This document shows, piece after piece, positions 37,222 to 48,259 of a DNA stretch of 64,000 nt; positions within the stretch are counted from its first letter, which is position 1, and each line of letters starts with the position of its first letter. This stretch comes from Candidatus Krumholzibacteriia bacterium. Its GTDB lineage: Bacteria; Krumholzibacteriota; Krumholzibacteriia; LZORAL124-64-63. The stretch spans positions 64,001 through 128,000 of the forward strand of contig JBFXKG010000005.1 of NCBI GenBank assembly GCA_050174015.1, read 5' to 3'. Under the pieces are notes generated by a model. The model was not told where the DNA came from. It searched no databases and saw only the letters and a list, made by a program, of their open reading frames with translations. The translations under genes and the position numbers were made by a program.

Positions 37222-38379
37222 CTAGAACTTCTTGATCATGCCGGTGCTGATGCCCCAGGGATCGTTGGTCGCCTCGCCGGCGTCCGCGGGGTAGGGGAAC
37301 ATCCGGGTGCCGTGACCCTCGCCACCCACGGGGAAGCTGGTGGTCTCGCCGTTGTTGGTCAGCACGAACTGCGTGTAGAAGGTCGTGCTCTTGTCGAAGG
37401 TGTGGTCGATGCCCATGGCGAAGAAGCTGGCGTCGTCGTCATCCATGTCGGTGTTGGGGTCGAACCCGTAGAACTGACCCTTGACGGCGTACTTCTCGTT
37501 CATGGTGTAGCGGGCGCCGATGCCCCAGGTCTGGGTGTTCAGGTCGCCGCTGACCAGGGTGCTGTTCTCCATGTAGGAGTACATCTTGCCGTTGCGGTTC
37601 TGCAGCATCTGGTACAGGGCGGCGATCTCCAGGTCGCCGGCGGTGTACTTGCCGACGAAGCGCATGCCGATGGCGTCCTCGACGTCGAAGTCGGCGGGCA
37701 CGGCCGGGACCCACACGTTCTGGTACTGGTCCTGCGGCATCCAGTAGCCGGGCACCTCGGGGGTGGCGAAGTTGTTCTTCTGGATCAGCTCGTAGGCGGC
37801 TCCGAAGAAGAAGCTGTCGTTGTTGTAGGTCGCGCTGGCGCTCATGGCGCCGGTGTCGGCCATGGTGACGTCGTTCTTGAACTGGTAGGCGCCGGTCAGG
37901 GCGAAGCCGCTGTAATCGGGGGTGCCGTACATGATGACCTTGTCCATGCGGCGGTCCCAGCCGAAGGTGACCTGGCGGAAGTCGCCCAGCTCGTCCTTGA
38001 AGAAGTCGACCTTGCGGCCGATCATCTTCATGGGGGTGTCGTGGATGCCGGCCTTCATCCAGCCCCAGTCGCCCTTGAGGCCCAGGAAGGTGTTCCGGTT
38101 GGCGAGCAGCCCCTTGGTGTCCTTCACCGTCAGGTTCATGAAGCTCTCGAACTGCCAGATGAAGGTGAAGTTGTCGTTCAGTTCCTGGGCGCCCTTGATG
38201 CCGAAGCGGGACGTGTTGCTCGCCAGCACCAGCTCGGTGGAGTCGCCGTTGTTCAGGGCGTCGAGGGAGACGTGGAGATGACCATACACCGTGTAGGGCG
38301 CATCACCGGCGTTGGCGGTCATGGCGGCGAAAGCCACGAGCATGACCAGCATCATGGTAACCATCTTCTTGTTAATCAA
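37222..38379 (-). CDS. Gram-negative general porin
   Basis: 'VYG.LH.S.D', 'SN.SRFGIKG..EL', 'RNTFLGL.G..G...AG..DTP.K', C-terminal F; TTG start with GGAGG RBS. Confidence 0.85.
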   Translation of the reverse strand: MINKKMVTMMLVMLVAFAAMTANAGDAPYTVYGHLHVSLDALNNGDSTELVLASNTSRFGIKGAQELNDNFTFIWQFESFMNLTVKDTKGLLANRNTFLGLKGDWGWMKAGIHDTPMKMIGRKVDFFKDELGDFRQVTFGWDRRMDKVIMYGTPDYSGFALTGAYQFKNDVTMADTGAMSASATYNNDSFFFGAAYELIQKNNFATPEVPGYWMPQDQYQNVWVPAVPADFDVEDAIGMRFVGKYTAGDLEIAALYQMLQNRNGKMYSYMENSTLVSGDLNTQTWGIGARYTMNEKYAVKGQFYGFDPNTDMDDDDASFFAMGIDHTFDKSTTFYTQFVLTNNGETTSFPVGGEGHGTRMFPYPADAGEATNDPWGISTGMIKKF

Positions 38380-38765
38380 CTTGGACCTCCTTGAAATCCA
38401 TCCATGGGATTTTCCCCGGCGAGCGAGACCGCCGGGAAATCGATCGCACCTCTCCGAACGTCGACATGTCCGCCGGATCGGAAGGATCGGCGGGACACGG
38501 AACCGCCACGGCTGTGGCACTCTCCTTAGTGTTTCGCCGCAACTTCAGCGGCCTCGAAGCGAGCCGGGCTCCCGACACAAATCACCGACCACCCGTCCGG
38601 ACCGGCCGGACAGGACGAGGACGGATGATCATTCTGGTGCCAGAGCGCATCTACCTCTCACCGGACGGCAGGGTAACCCAGAGCCCCCTCCACCGGATCG
38701 ATCGAGGCCATGCCCGAAGCACGACCTGGGCCTGGATGCCATCATCTACGGAAACCAAAGATCCT

Positions 38766-38808
38766 GTCAACCTGATCTTGATGACTCGATCCGGTCAACC
38801 TGATCTTG
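38766..38808. repeat. 15-bp perfect direct repeat GTCAACCTGATCTTG x2
   Basis: Copies at 38766-38780 and 38794-38808 in the divergent porin/peptidase intergenic region. Confidence 0.7.
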
Positions 38809-39037
38809 GGTTTCCGCAACCCGACAGGGAAACGGTATCCCAGCCCGACCAGCACCTAGATTAATGGTTGCTTTCCGCGGATCAACCCTTTTCTGCAATC
38901 CGCCCCGGCATTTTTTGGGTTGCCGGAGCCCCCCGATTTTCGGCCTGGTTCCCGGTTTTCGAGTGATTCCCTGGCCGTTGACGGTTATCCTGGTCGGCAT
39001 TCCCCAGCGGATTCGTCCTCCTTCGATCGGAAGGTCC

Positions 39038-40825
39038 ATGGCGCGCCACGTTCACCTCGGGATCCTGTTCGGCCTGCTGGCGTCCTGCGCCAGGGCCGAC
39101 GCCACGCCGGCCCTGCAGACGCCCTTCGAGGATTCGGGAGGCAGGGAAACGCCGACCTACGCCGAGACGGTGAGCTGGTGCAGGGATCTGGCGGAGTCCT
39201 CGCCCCTGGTCTCCTACCGGGAGTTCGGTCTCAGTCCCCAGGGGAGGGCCTTGCCCCTGGTGGTCGCCGACCGGGACGGCTTCGCCGATCCGGACGCCTG
39301 CCGGCGGGGAGGGGATCAGGTCATCCTCCTGGTCCAGGCCTGCATCCACGCCGGGGAAAGCTGCGGCAAGGACGCCGGCATGCTCCTGCTGAAGGACCTC
39401 GCCGCCGCCGACGGTCCGGCGCGCGCCCTGCTGGACAACGTCACGCTCCTGTTCATCCCCATCTTCAACGTCGACGGCCACGAGCGGTTCGGCCCCTACA
39501 ACCGCGTCAACCAGAACGGGCCCCGGGAGATGGGTTGGCGGACGACCGCGCAGAACCTCAATCTCAACCGGGATTTCCTCAAGGCCGACGCCCCGGAGAT
39601 GCAGGCCTGGCTGGGACTGTGGAACGCGTGGTCGCCGGACTTCTTCATCGACGTCCACAGCACCGACGGGGCCGACTACCAGTACGCGATCACCTACAGC
39701 CTGGAGACTCACGGGAACCTCGATGCGGGCCTGACCACCCTGGTCCAAACCTACGAAGACCGCATGAACCGGGACATGGCGGCCGACGGGTTTCCCATGA
39801 TCCGCTACGTCTCCTTCCGGAACTGGCACGACCCGCGCAGCGGCCTGCAGGCGTGGGCCGCCGGTCCCCGGTTCAGCCAGGGTTACGCCGCGGTGCGCAA
39901 CCGTCCGGGACTGCTGATCGAGACCCACATGCTCAAGGACTACGCCAATCGTGTGGAGACCTCGGGACTGCTGGTGAGGCACACGATGGCCTGGCTGAAC
40001 GAACACGGCGCGGAACTCAGGGCCGCGGTCGAGGCCGCCGACCGGGCCGCCGCCTCGCCCGGTTTCAGGGACCGGCCGTTCCCCCTGACCTTCCAGCGGA
40101 CCGATTCCTGCCGGACCATCGATTTCCTGGGAGTGGCCTACGAAACGGTGACCGGCGAGGTGACGGGGGGCGACTACAACCGCTTCGGCGCCGAGCCCGA
40201 GATCTGGAAGGTGGACTACTACGACGTCGTCGAACCGGACGAGACGGTGATCCTGCCGGCTGCGTACCTGGTGCCCCCCGAATGGACGGCGGTCCTGGAG
40301 AGACTCCGGTGGCACGGCGCGCAGTTCCGGCGTCTGGCCGCGCCGGTGGACCTGGAAGTCCGGACCTACCGCTTCGGAAGCGCGACCTGGGGGCGGCGTC
40401 CCTACGAGGGGCGCAACACGGTGGAGTTCGAGATCGCCGCGGGAACCGAAACCCTGACCTTTCCGGCGGGATCGGCCGTGGTCTCCCTGGCCCAGCCGGC
40501 GGCGCGGGCGATCGCCCACCTGCTCGAGCCGGAAGGACCCGATTCCCTGGCGCGCTGGGGATTCTTCACCGCGGTGTTCGACCGTGTGGAGTACGTCGAG
40601 TCCTACGTCATCGAGGCCATGATCCCGCAGATGCTGGCCGAGCGCCCGGAACTCGCCGCCGAGCTGGAGGCGGCGAAGGCCGCCGATCCGGTGTGGGCGA
40701 AGGAGCCCTGGAACCTCAGGATGTGGTTCTACGAGCGCACGCCCTATTACGACGGACGCGCAGGCCTGTACCCGGTCGGCCTGCTCGACGACCCGACGGT
40801 CCTGGAATCGTTACCCCTCGACTGA
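39038..40825 (+). CDS. M14 zinc metallocarboxypeptidase, exported
   Basis: 'IHAGE', 'NVDG.ER', 'NLNRD', 'D.H'. Confidence 0.85.
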   Translation: MARHVHLGILFGLLASCARADATPALQTPFEDSGGRETPTYAETVSWCRDLAESSPLVSYREFGLSPQGRALPLVVADRDGFADPDACRRGGDQVILLVQACIHAGESCGKDAGMLLLKDLAAADGPARALLDNVTLLFIPIFNVDGHERFGPYNRVNQNGPREMGWRTTAQNLNLNRDFLKADAPEMQAWLGLWNAWSPDFFIDVHSTDGADYQYAITYSLETHGNLDAGLTTLVQTYEDRMNRDMAADGFPMIRYVSFRNWHDPRSGLQAWAAGPRFSQGYAAVRNRPGLLIETHMLKDYANRVETSGLLVRHTMAWLNEHGAELRAAVEAADRAAASPGFRDRPFPLTFQRTDSCRTIDFLGVAYETVTGEVTGGDYNRFGAEPEIWKVDYYDVVEPDETVILPAAYLVPPEWTAVLERLRWHGAQFRRLAAPVDLEVRTYRFGSATWGRRPYEGRNTVEFEIAAGTETLTFPAGSAVVSLAQPAARAIAHLLEPEGPDSLARWGFFTAVFDRVEYVESYVIEAMIPQMLAERPELAAELEAAKAADPVWAKEPWNLRMWFYERTPYYDGRAGLYPVGLLDDPTVLESLPLD

Positions 40826-40857
40826 CCAGGGGCCGGACCGGGGCGCCAGGCGGGCCG

Positions 40858-40930
40858 TAGAGACAGGAACCCCCGGGGAACGTTCCGAAGGGCGTCAGCC
40901 CGAAGAGTTCCCCGGGGGTTCCTGTCTCTA
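40858..40930. repeat. 24-bp perfect inverted repeat (long hairpin)
   Basis: TAGAGACAGGAACCCCCGGGGAAC (40858-40881) and its reverse complement (40907-40930). Confidence 0.85.
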
Positions 40931-40949
40931 GGACCGATCGTGGCCCCGG

Positions 40950-42629
<1,680 letters not shown>

Positions 42630-42779
42630 GGGTACGGACACCCGCCTTTCGCGGATCGGTTGTTCCAGTCCTGGATTCGCCACGATATATTCGGTGCTCC
42701 CGCCGACTTCGGCAACCCGAATCCCCGGAAACCGTACCAAGGGGATGGGGCTGAACCCACACGAACGGGAGACGGGTAC

Positions 42780-43649
42780 ATGTCCAGCACCACCAGGAAA
42801 TGGCTCACCGGTTGCGGCATCGGTTGCGGCCTGATCCTCATCGTCCTCGGCGCCGTGGGAACCTGCGGTTACTTCGGGGTCAGGAAGATCATCGACAAGG
42901 CCGATTCGCTGGAGGCCGATTTCGCCACCCTGAACGCCGAGTTCGGGCGCCCCGGCGATTTCGTCCCCGATCCGACCGGACGCATCCCTCCCGACCGCAT
43001 GGAAACCTTCCTGGAGATCCGCGACCGGATGACGCCCCTGCGGGAGGAGGTCTCGGCCATCTTCCGGGTCCTGGACGGGAAGGACCGCCTGAGCTTCCTG
43101 GAAAAGGCCAAGGCCGGTTTCAAGCTCGTGCCGGCGATCATGGACTTCATGGCCGAGCGCAACCGGGCCGTGCTGGAGGCGGGGATGGGCGTGGGCGAGT
43201 ACCAGCACATCTACTGCCTCGCCTACTACGGGTTGCTGGGGAAGGATCCGGCCGACGGGCCGGGTTTCGCCATCCGCTCCGACGACGAGGGGGACCGGGA
43301 GGTGCAGTTCGGCTGGAAGGGTACCGGGGACGGGAAGGACGAGGAGGAGGTCAGGCGGGAACGCGCCCGCGACCTGCGCAGGATGGTCAACCGCATCCAG
43401 CGGGAGATCCTCGGCAACCAGCTGGCCGCACTCGAGGCCCGGGGTGCGCTCGAACCCGACGAGGCGGACTGGCGCGACCGGCTGGCCGCCGAGGTCGACG
43501 CCATGCGGACGGAATACCTGCGCCTGCCCTGGGAAACCGCGCTGCCCGACCGCATCCGCGAGTCCCTCGAACCCTACCGGTCCGACCTCGAGGTCACCTA
43601 CGATCCCATGACCAGCATCCTGGAGATGGGGCTCGTGGATCAGGACTAG
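42780..43649 (+). CDS. Membrane-anchored hypothetical protein
   Basis: N-terminal 'KWLTGCGIGCG' and a TM segment; GC3-rich codon pattern. Confidence 0.65.
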   Translation: MSSTTRKWLTGCGIGCGLILIVLGAVGTCGYFGVRKIIDKADSLEADFATLNAEFGRPGDFVPDPTGRIPPDRMETFLEIRDRMTPLREEVSAIFRVLDGKDRLSFLEKAKAGFKLVPAIMDFMAERNRAVLEAGMGVGEYQHIYCLAYYGLLGKDPADGPGFAIRSDDEGDREVQFGWKGTGDGKDEEEVRRERARDLRRMVNRIQREILGNQLAALEARGALEPDEADWRDRLAAEVDAMRTEYLRLPWETALPDRIRESLEPYRSDLEVTYDPMTSILEMGLVDQD

Positions 43650-43685
43650 GCGGACCTGGAGGCGGCGCGCCGGGTGGGACCGCCC

Positions 43686-45290
43686 TCAGGCCGGACGGGG
43701 AAGCCGGACCGCGAAGGTGCGGACGTGATGGGGCCGGCCCGCCCAAACGGGGAAGTCGAGGGGCGGGCGCAGGTCGATCACCTCGCCGAAGCAGGCCTCC
43801 AGGGCGCGGCGGTAGGCGGCGTGGTCGCCGCCGCGGTGGTTGTTGGCGAAGAAGGCGGCGCCCGAGGGCGCGAGGACCTCGGCGACCGCTGAGGCCAGCA
43901 GGGGCCACTCGTCCTCCAGGGAGAACTTCCCCCCGTCCCGGCTCGAGGCGAAGACCGGGGGATCGCAGACGACCAGGTCGAAGGCGGGATAGGCGTCGCC
44001 CAGTTCGGCCTTCCTGCGCAGCTGGCGTTTCAGCCACTTGCGGGCGTCCTCCTGGACGAACTTCCCGATGCCGCTTTCCTCCAGGCCGTTCACCTTGAAG
44101 TTGGCCTTGCCGGTGTTGAGGCAGGGACGGGCCGTGTCCACGGAGAAGACCACCTCTGCCCGTTCGGCGGCGGCCATCACCGAGAACGAGCAGGTGAACG
44201 CGAAGAGGTTGGCGACCCGCTTGCCGGCCGCGGCCAGGGCCAGCCGCCGCCGGGTGTCGCGCTGGTCCAGGAACAACCCGGTGTGCTGGGTCTTCAGCAG
44301 GTCGATCCGGAAGGCCAGGCCGTGCTCGATCACCTGGAAGACGGGCGGCGGCGGATCCCCGATCACCAGGCGTTCGGCTGCCAGGCCTTCACCGTGGGGA
44401 TTGCGGCTGTGGGCGCGCAGGACTCCGCCGCGCATCGCCCAGATGGCGGAGATCTCGTCCAGCAGGGGGCCGAGCCGGCCGTGCGCTTCGGCGAGGGGCT
44501 GCGCCTCGTCGTACCAGACGGCGTTGAACCAGGGCCCGAGGATCTCGACCGAAACGGGCAGCCCGGGAATCTCATCCCGGTGCACGATCCGGTGGGCGTC
44601 GGTCACCGCGGTCGGCCAGACCCCCCGGCGGTCCCTGCAGAGGGCCAGGTCCAGGCTCCCGGATCCTCCCTCGGCCAGCAGGCTCAGGGCCGGGGGCAGG
44701 GGCGCGACGACGGGTGCGGGGATGCCCGGCCATTCCACCTGGAGGCAGTGCAGGCAGAGGCGGGGAAAGGGCTCGCCGCCGTACTCCGGATCACCCAGCA
44801 GGGGCACCCCCGAGGCGGCGGCGTGGCGGCGGATCTGGTGCTTGCGGCCGCGGGCGATCTCCGCCCGGTAGCGGATGGGAGGTAATGCTCCTGGTCCGGC
44901 GGTCCCGGCGGCGGGACCCAGCCGGAAGAAGCGGGTCGCGGCGGCCTTGCTGTCCAGGGGGTCCTCCCGGGACCAGGCGTCCGGCAGCCCGAGTTCGCGG
45001 GAGTCGGCCGTCGCCAGGAATTCGTACACCTTGCGGGCTTCGCCCCGCTCGTGGATGGCCTGGGCCTCGGCCGAGGCGGCGCCGTCCAGGGCCAGCAGCA
45101 GGGCTCCGCTGGTTTCGCGGTCCAGCCGGGAGACGACCTGGGCCGCGATTCCCAGATGGAGCTCCAGCCATTCGACCACGCCGAGCTCCCCGGGGCTCGC
45201 GGCGTGGGTGGCCATGCCGCACGGCTTGTTCACCACCAGCCAGCGGGGATCCCGGTGCAGGATGCAGGTGGAGCCGGCGCCCTGGAACAT
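43686..45290 (-). CDS. Fusion of RluA-family pseudouridine synthase and RlmI/RlmK-like SAM methyltransferase
   Basis: N-terminal half: 'VNKP.G', 'RLDRETSG', 'GRKHQIR', 'GD..YG'. C-terminal half: 'TGLFLDQR', 'NLFAFT', 'FDLVVCDPP.F'. Confidence 0.8.
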   Translation of the reverse strand: MFQGAGSTCILHRDPRWLVVNKPCGMATHAASPGELGVVEWLELHLGIAAQVVSRLDRETSGALLLALDGAASAEAQAIHERGEARKVYEFLATADSRELGLPDAWSREDPLDSKAAATRFFRLGPAAGTAGPGALPPIRYRAEIARGRKHQIRRHAAASGVPLLGDPEYGGEPFPRLCLHCLQVEWPGIPAPVVAPLPPALSLLAEGGSGSLDLALCRDRRGVWPTAVTDAHRIVHRDEIPGLPVSVEILGPWFNAVWYDEAQPLAEAHGRLGPLLDEISAIWAMRGGVLRAHSRNPHGEGLAAERLVIGDPPPPVFQVIEHGLAFRIDLLKTQHTGLFLDQRDTRRRLALAAAGKRVANLFAFTCSFSVMAAAERAEVVFSVDTARPCLNTGKANFKVNGLEESGIGKFVQEDARKWLKRQLRRKAELGDAYPAFDLVVCDPPVFASSRDGGKFSLEDEWPLLASAVAEVLAPSGAAFFANNHRGGDHAAYRRALEACFGEVIDLRPPLDFPVWAGRPHHVRTFAVRLPRPA

Positions 45291-45540
45291 GGTCAGCCTT
45301 TCCCAGCCGGGCCGGACAGGAAGGCGGCGGCCCTTTCGGCCAGCAGCTCCATGTAGCGGGCATGGTCCATGCCCGTCCCGGCACGCGGGAGGATGTCGAT
45401 CGGCAGGTTCAAGGGGCCTACCTCCTTTCTGGGGGGGATTATTCCCGATGCATGGGTGGATCACAAGCGGTGGTTGAAAGGGTCCCCGCTTGTCCGTACA
45501 TTCCAACCCGTCCCGTCCACCCCCGGCTCCGGAAGGATCC

Positions 45541-47796
45541 ATGAACCGTCCCCAAAATTTCGCACCGTCCTTTCGCGTGGACGGCCGGCTCGTCCAGCCG
45601 GATCTGAACCGCATCTGCGGTCCGGAGGGGGAGGTCCAGGTGGAACCGCGGGTCATGCAGGTGCTGCTGGCCCTGTCCCGCACCCCCGGTCGGGTGGTGT
45701 CCCGCAACGACATCCTGGACGAGGTCTGGGGCGACCAGATCGTGGGCGAGGAGAACCTGACCCGGGCCATCTCGGAACTGCGCCGGATCTTCGGCGACCA
45801 GGCGCGCGAACCCCGGTACATCGAGACCATCCGCCATCACGGCTACCGGCTGATCGCCCCGGTGACGGAGCCGGAGAACGAGGCCGCAGGGGATCCAGCC
45901 GAAGCGCCGGGTGACGAGGCCGTGAACACCCCGGACGCCACCGCCCCGGATGTCCCGGCCATTCCCTCCTCCCCGGTCGGGGGGGAGCCCCCGCGCCCCC
46001 GGAGCAGACGCCCGGGGAGGATTCCCCTCGGCGCGGTGATCATCGTGGCGATCACCGCCGTGGCCGTGAACTGGTGGCTGGATGGCCGGAGGGGGGACGC
46101 CGGCGATCCCGTCCCCGCACCTTCACCCGAGGATGTCCGGCCCCTGACCTCCTACACGGGGCGGGAGCGCCACCCGGCCCTGTCCCCGGACGGGCTCAGG
46201 GTGGCCTTCGCCTGGTCGGGCCCCGAGACGGAGGGTCCGTCGACCAGCCTGTTCATCAAGCAGCAGAACTCGGAGACCCCGCTCCAGCTGACCGATGCCG
46301 AGGGGTGGGTCGCCTGGCCGGCCTGGTCTCCCGACGGGCAGACCATCGCCTACGTCCAGGGGGGAGGGGGCCGCAGGGCCGTCCTGTGCACCATCCCCTC
46401 CCTGGGCGGACCGGTGCGGGAGTTGGCGGCTTCGGCCGGCCTGATCGAGGGGTTGGACTGGAGTCCCGACGGGGACAGCCTGGTGTACTCCGCCCTGGAC
46501 ACCCTGGAGGGGATTCCCGTCCTGATGATCCTGGACCTGCCGTCCCTGACCACGACCGTGCTCGATCCCGAACGATTCGGCCCCGGACGGGCCACCTTGC
46601 CGCGGATGTCTCCCGACGGGTCGAAGCTGGCCTGGGTCGCCTCCGACCCCGGCGGCGGGGGGGTCCTGATGGGGTCGTCCTGGCCGGATCCCGAGGGGCC
46701 GGCCAGGCGGCTGGCGGAGGGCCTGGGCGTCCTGGGCGGGCTGGCCTGGAGTCCCGACGGCCGGTCCATCGTCTTCGGCGCGGCCCCTGCGGGGGAATTC
46801 TCCCTGTGGACCGTGTCCTGGGAACGCGGAGAACCCCTGCCCCTGACGATCGGGGAGGGGATGGCCTGGAATCCCCACCTGAGCCGCCGCTCGGGGGATC
46901 TGGTCTTCGAGCAGCTGGCCATGGACCGCGACCTGTGGTGCGTCAAGGTGCTCGAATCGTCACCCTGGCGCCTGGAAAGCCGGCCTTTCGCACCATCGAC
47001 CCGCTGGGAGTTCGAGGCCGACTTCAGCCCCGACGGCGGCCGGGTGGCCTTCGTCTCGGCCCGGTCGGGCGCTCCGGAGATCTGGCTGGCCGATTCCACG
47101 GGCGCCGACCTGACCAGACTGACCGACCTCGCCGCCGAGGCGATCACCCATCCCCGCTGGTCTCCCGACGGGACCCGCATCGGCTGCAACATCCTGCGCG
47201 GCGGCCGCTTGCTGGCGGCCGTCTGCGACGCCCGCGGAGGCGCTCCGCGCGAACTCACCACGGCCGGCGCCAACCTCCGGTTTTCGGCCTGGACGCCCGA
47301 CGGCCTCGGCGTCCTGCTCGCCGGGCCCACGGACCGCGGATGGCGCCTGCTGCGGACGTCCCTCGAAGAGGCGCCAGGAGAGACGGGCCCGGTCGACTTC
47401 CTGCCGCCCGGACTCGCCGCGGTCCAGGGGGAGTTCTCCCCCGACGGGCGCCACCTCTACTTCATCCGGCCAGGGGTCCGGGGCCTGTGGCGGGTCACCC
47501 TCGGGCCAGGGGGCGATCCCGAGGGGGACCCGCAGCTGGTCGTTGCGGAGATCGATGCGGCCCGCAGGGACAGCTGGCGGATCAGCGGCGGCCAGGTGGT
47601 CTGGGTCATGAGGGCTTCGGGCCTGGCCTACCTGGCCCTGACGGACACCGGAACGCTGGCGTCCACCCTGGTGACGGATTTGCCGGGATGGGCCGGCGAG
47701 GGCATCGCCGCGGCCCCCACCGGGAGGGCCTTCCTGTATCCCCATACCCGGAAAGTGGAGGCCGATCTGATGTGGATTCCGGGTTTCGCCCGTTGA
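45541..47796 (+). CDS. CadC/ToxR-like winged-helix regulator with TM helix and PD40/TolB beta-propellers
   Basis: 'EPRVM..L..L...PG.VVSR..I.DEVW', 'IETIR..GYRL', TM segment, many '(W/F)SPDG' repeats. Confidence 0.85.
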   Translation: MNRPQNFAPSFRVDGRLVQPDLNRICGPEGEVQVEPRVMQVLLALSRTPGRVVSRNDILDEVWGDQIVGEENLTRAISELRRIFGDQAREPRYIETIRHHGYRLIAPVTEPENEAAGDPAEAPGDEAVNTPDATAPDVPAIPSSPVGGEPPRPRSRRPGRIPLGAVIIVAITAVAVNWWLDGRRGDAGDPVPAPSPEDVRPLTSYTGRERHPALSPDGLRVAFAWSGPETEGPSTSLFIKQQNSETPLQLTDAEGWVAWPAWSPDGQTIAYVQGGGGRRAVLCTIPSLGGPVRELAASAGLIEGLDWSPDGDSLVYSALDTLEGIPVLMILDLPSLTTTVLDPERFGPGRATLPRMSPDGSKLAWVASDPGGGGVLMGSSWPDPEGPARRLAEGLGVLGGLAWSPDGRSIVFGAAPAGEFSLWTVSWERGEPLPLTIGEGMAWNPHLSRRSGDLVFEQLAMDRDLWCVKVLESSPWRLESRPFAPSTRWEFEADFSPDGGRVAFVSARSGAPEIWLADSTGADLTRLTDLAAEAITHPRWSPDGTRIGCNILRGGRLLAAVCDARGGAPRELTTAGANLRFSAWTPDGLGVLLAGPTDRGWRLLRTSLEEAPGETGPVDFLPPGLAAVQGEFSPDGRHLYFIRPGVRGLWRVTLGPGGDPEGDPQLVVAEIDAARRDSWRISGGQVVWVMRASGLAYLALTDTGTLASTLVTDLPGWAGEGIAAAPTGRAFLYPHTRKVEADLMWIPGFAR

Positions 47797-47944
47797 ACGG
47801 CCGGTCCGCCAAGATTCTTGTCGAATTTTAATTCATTGACATCAAACGAGTTGGAAACATCGGGGCCGTCTTAAGGTTTTCTTAACCTGTCCTTCAGGCG
47901 GTGGGTCGGGGATTTTCGTTCCATTCCCTTCGAACTGTCGACAA

Positions 47945-48242
47945 TCCCGTCGGCGGGTTCGCGGTAAGAGGCCGGTCTCGGTCGTGTCTTGGACTGGAAC
48001 TGCGAGAGGGATTCCTTATTCACCTGGTCGCCAAGTGGATCCCGGCTCAGGCCAAGACCGGTGGGGCCATGCTGATGGAGCGGGTAACATGCCCCCCCGC
48101 CCAGCAGGTGGTCACTCCGGAAGCGACCGACCGGCCTTTTGCCCCTTGCCTCGTGGCCCCGTGAGTGGACAACCTGCCGGCGCACGTCCAGCGACGCTCC
48201 GATCCCCCTCGTGACGAGTCCAGGACACCCGGCAGGTTTTTT
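47945..48242 (+). ncRNA. Candidate structured non-coding RNA of unknown family
   Basis: About 21-bp closing helix (47963-47985 with 48123-48143) enclosing two long hairpins, then a 10-bp helix followed by a T-run. G-U pairs favour the + strand. Confidence 0.45.
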
Positions 48243-48259
48243 CCCCATCCCGCTCGCCC

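Noticed and set aside
38766..38830. TPP riboswitch (AACCTGATC resemblance)
   Set aside because: The other conserved elements (CTGAGA, GCGTAGG) are absent, and the motif is explained by the direct repeat.
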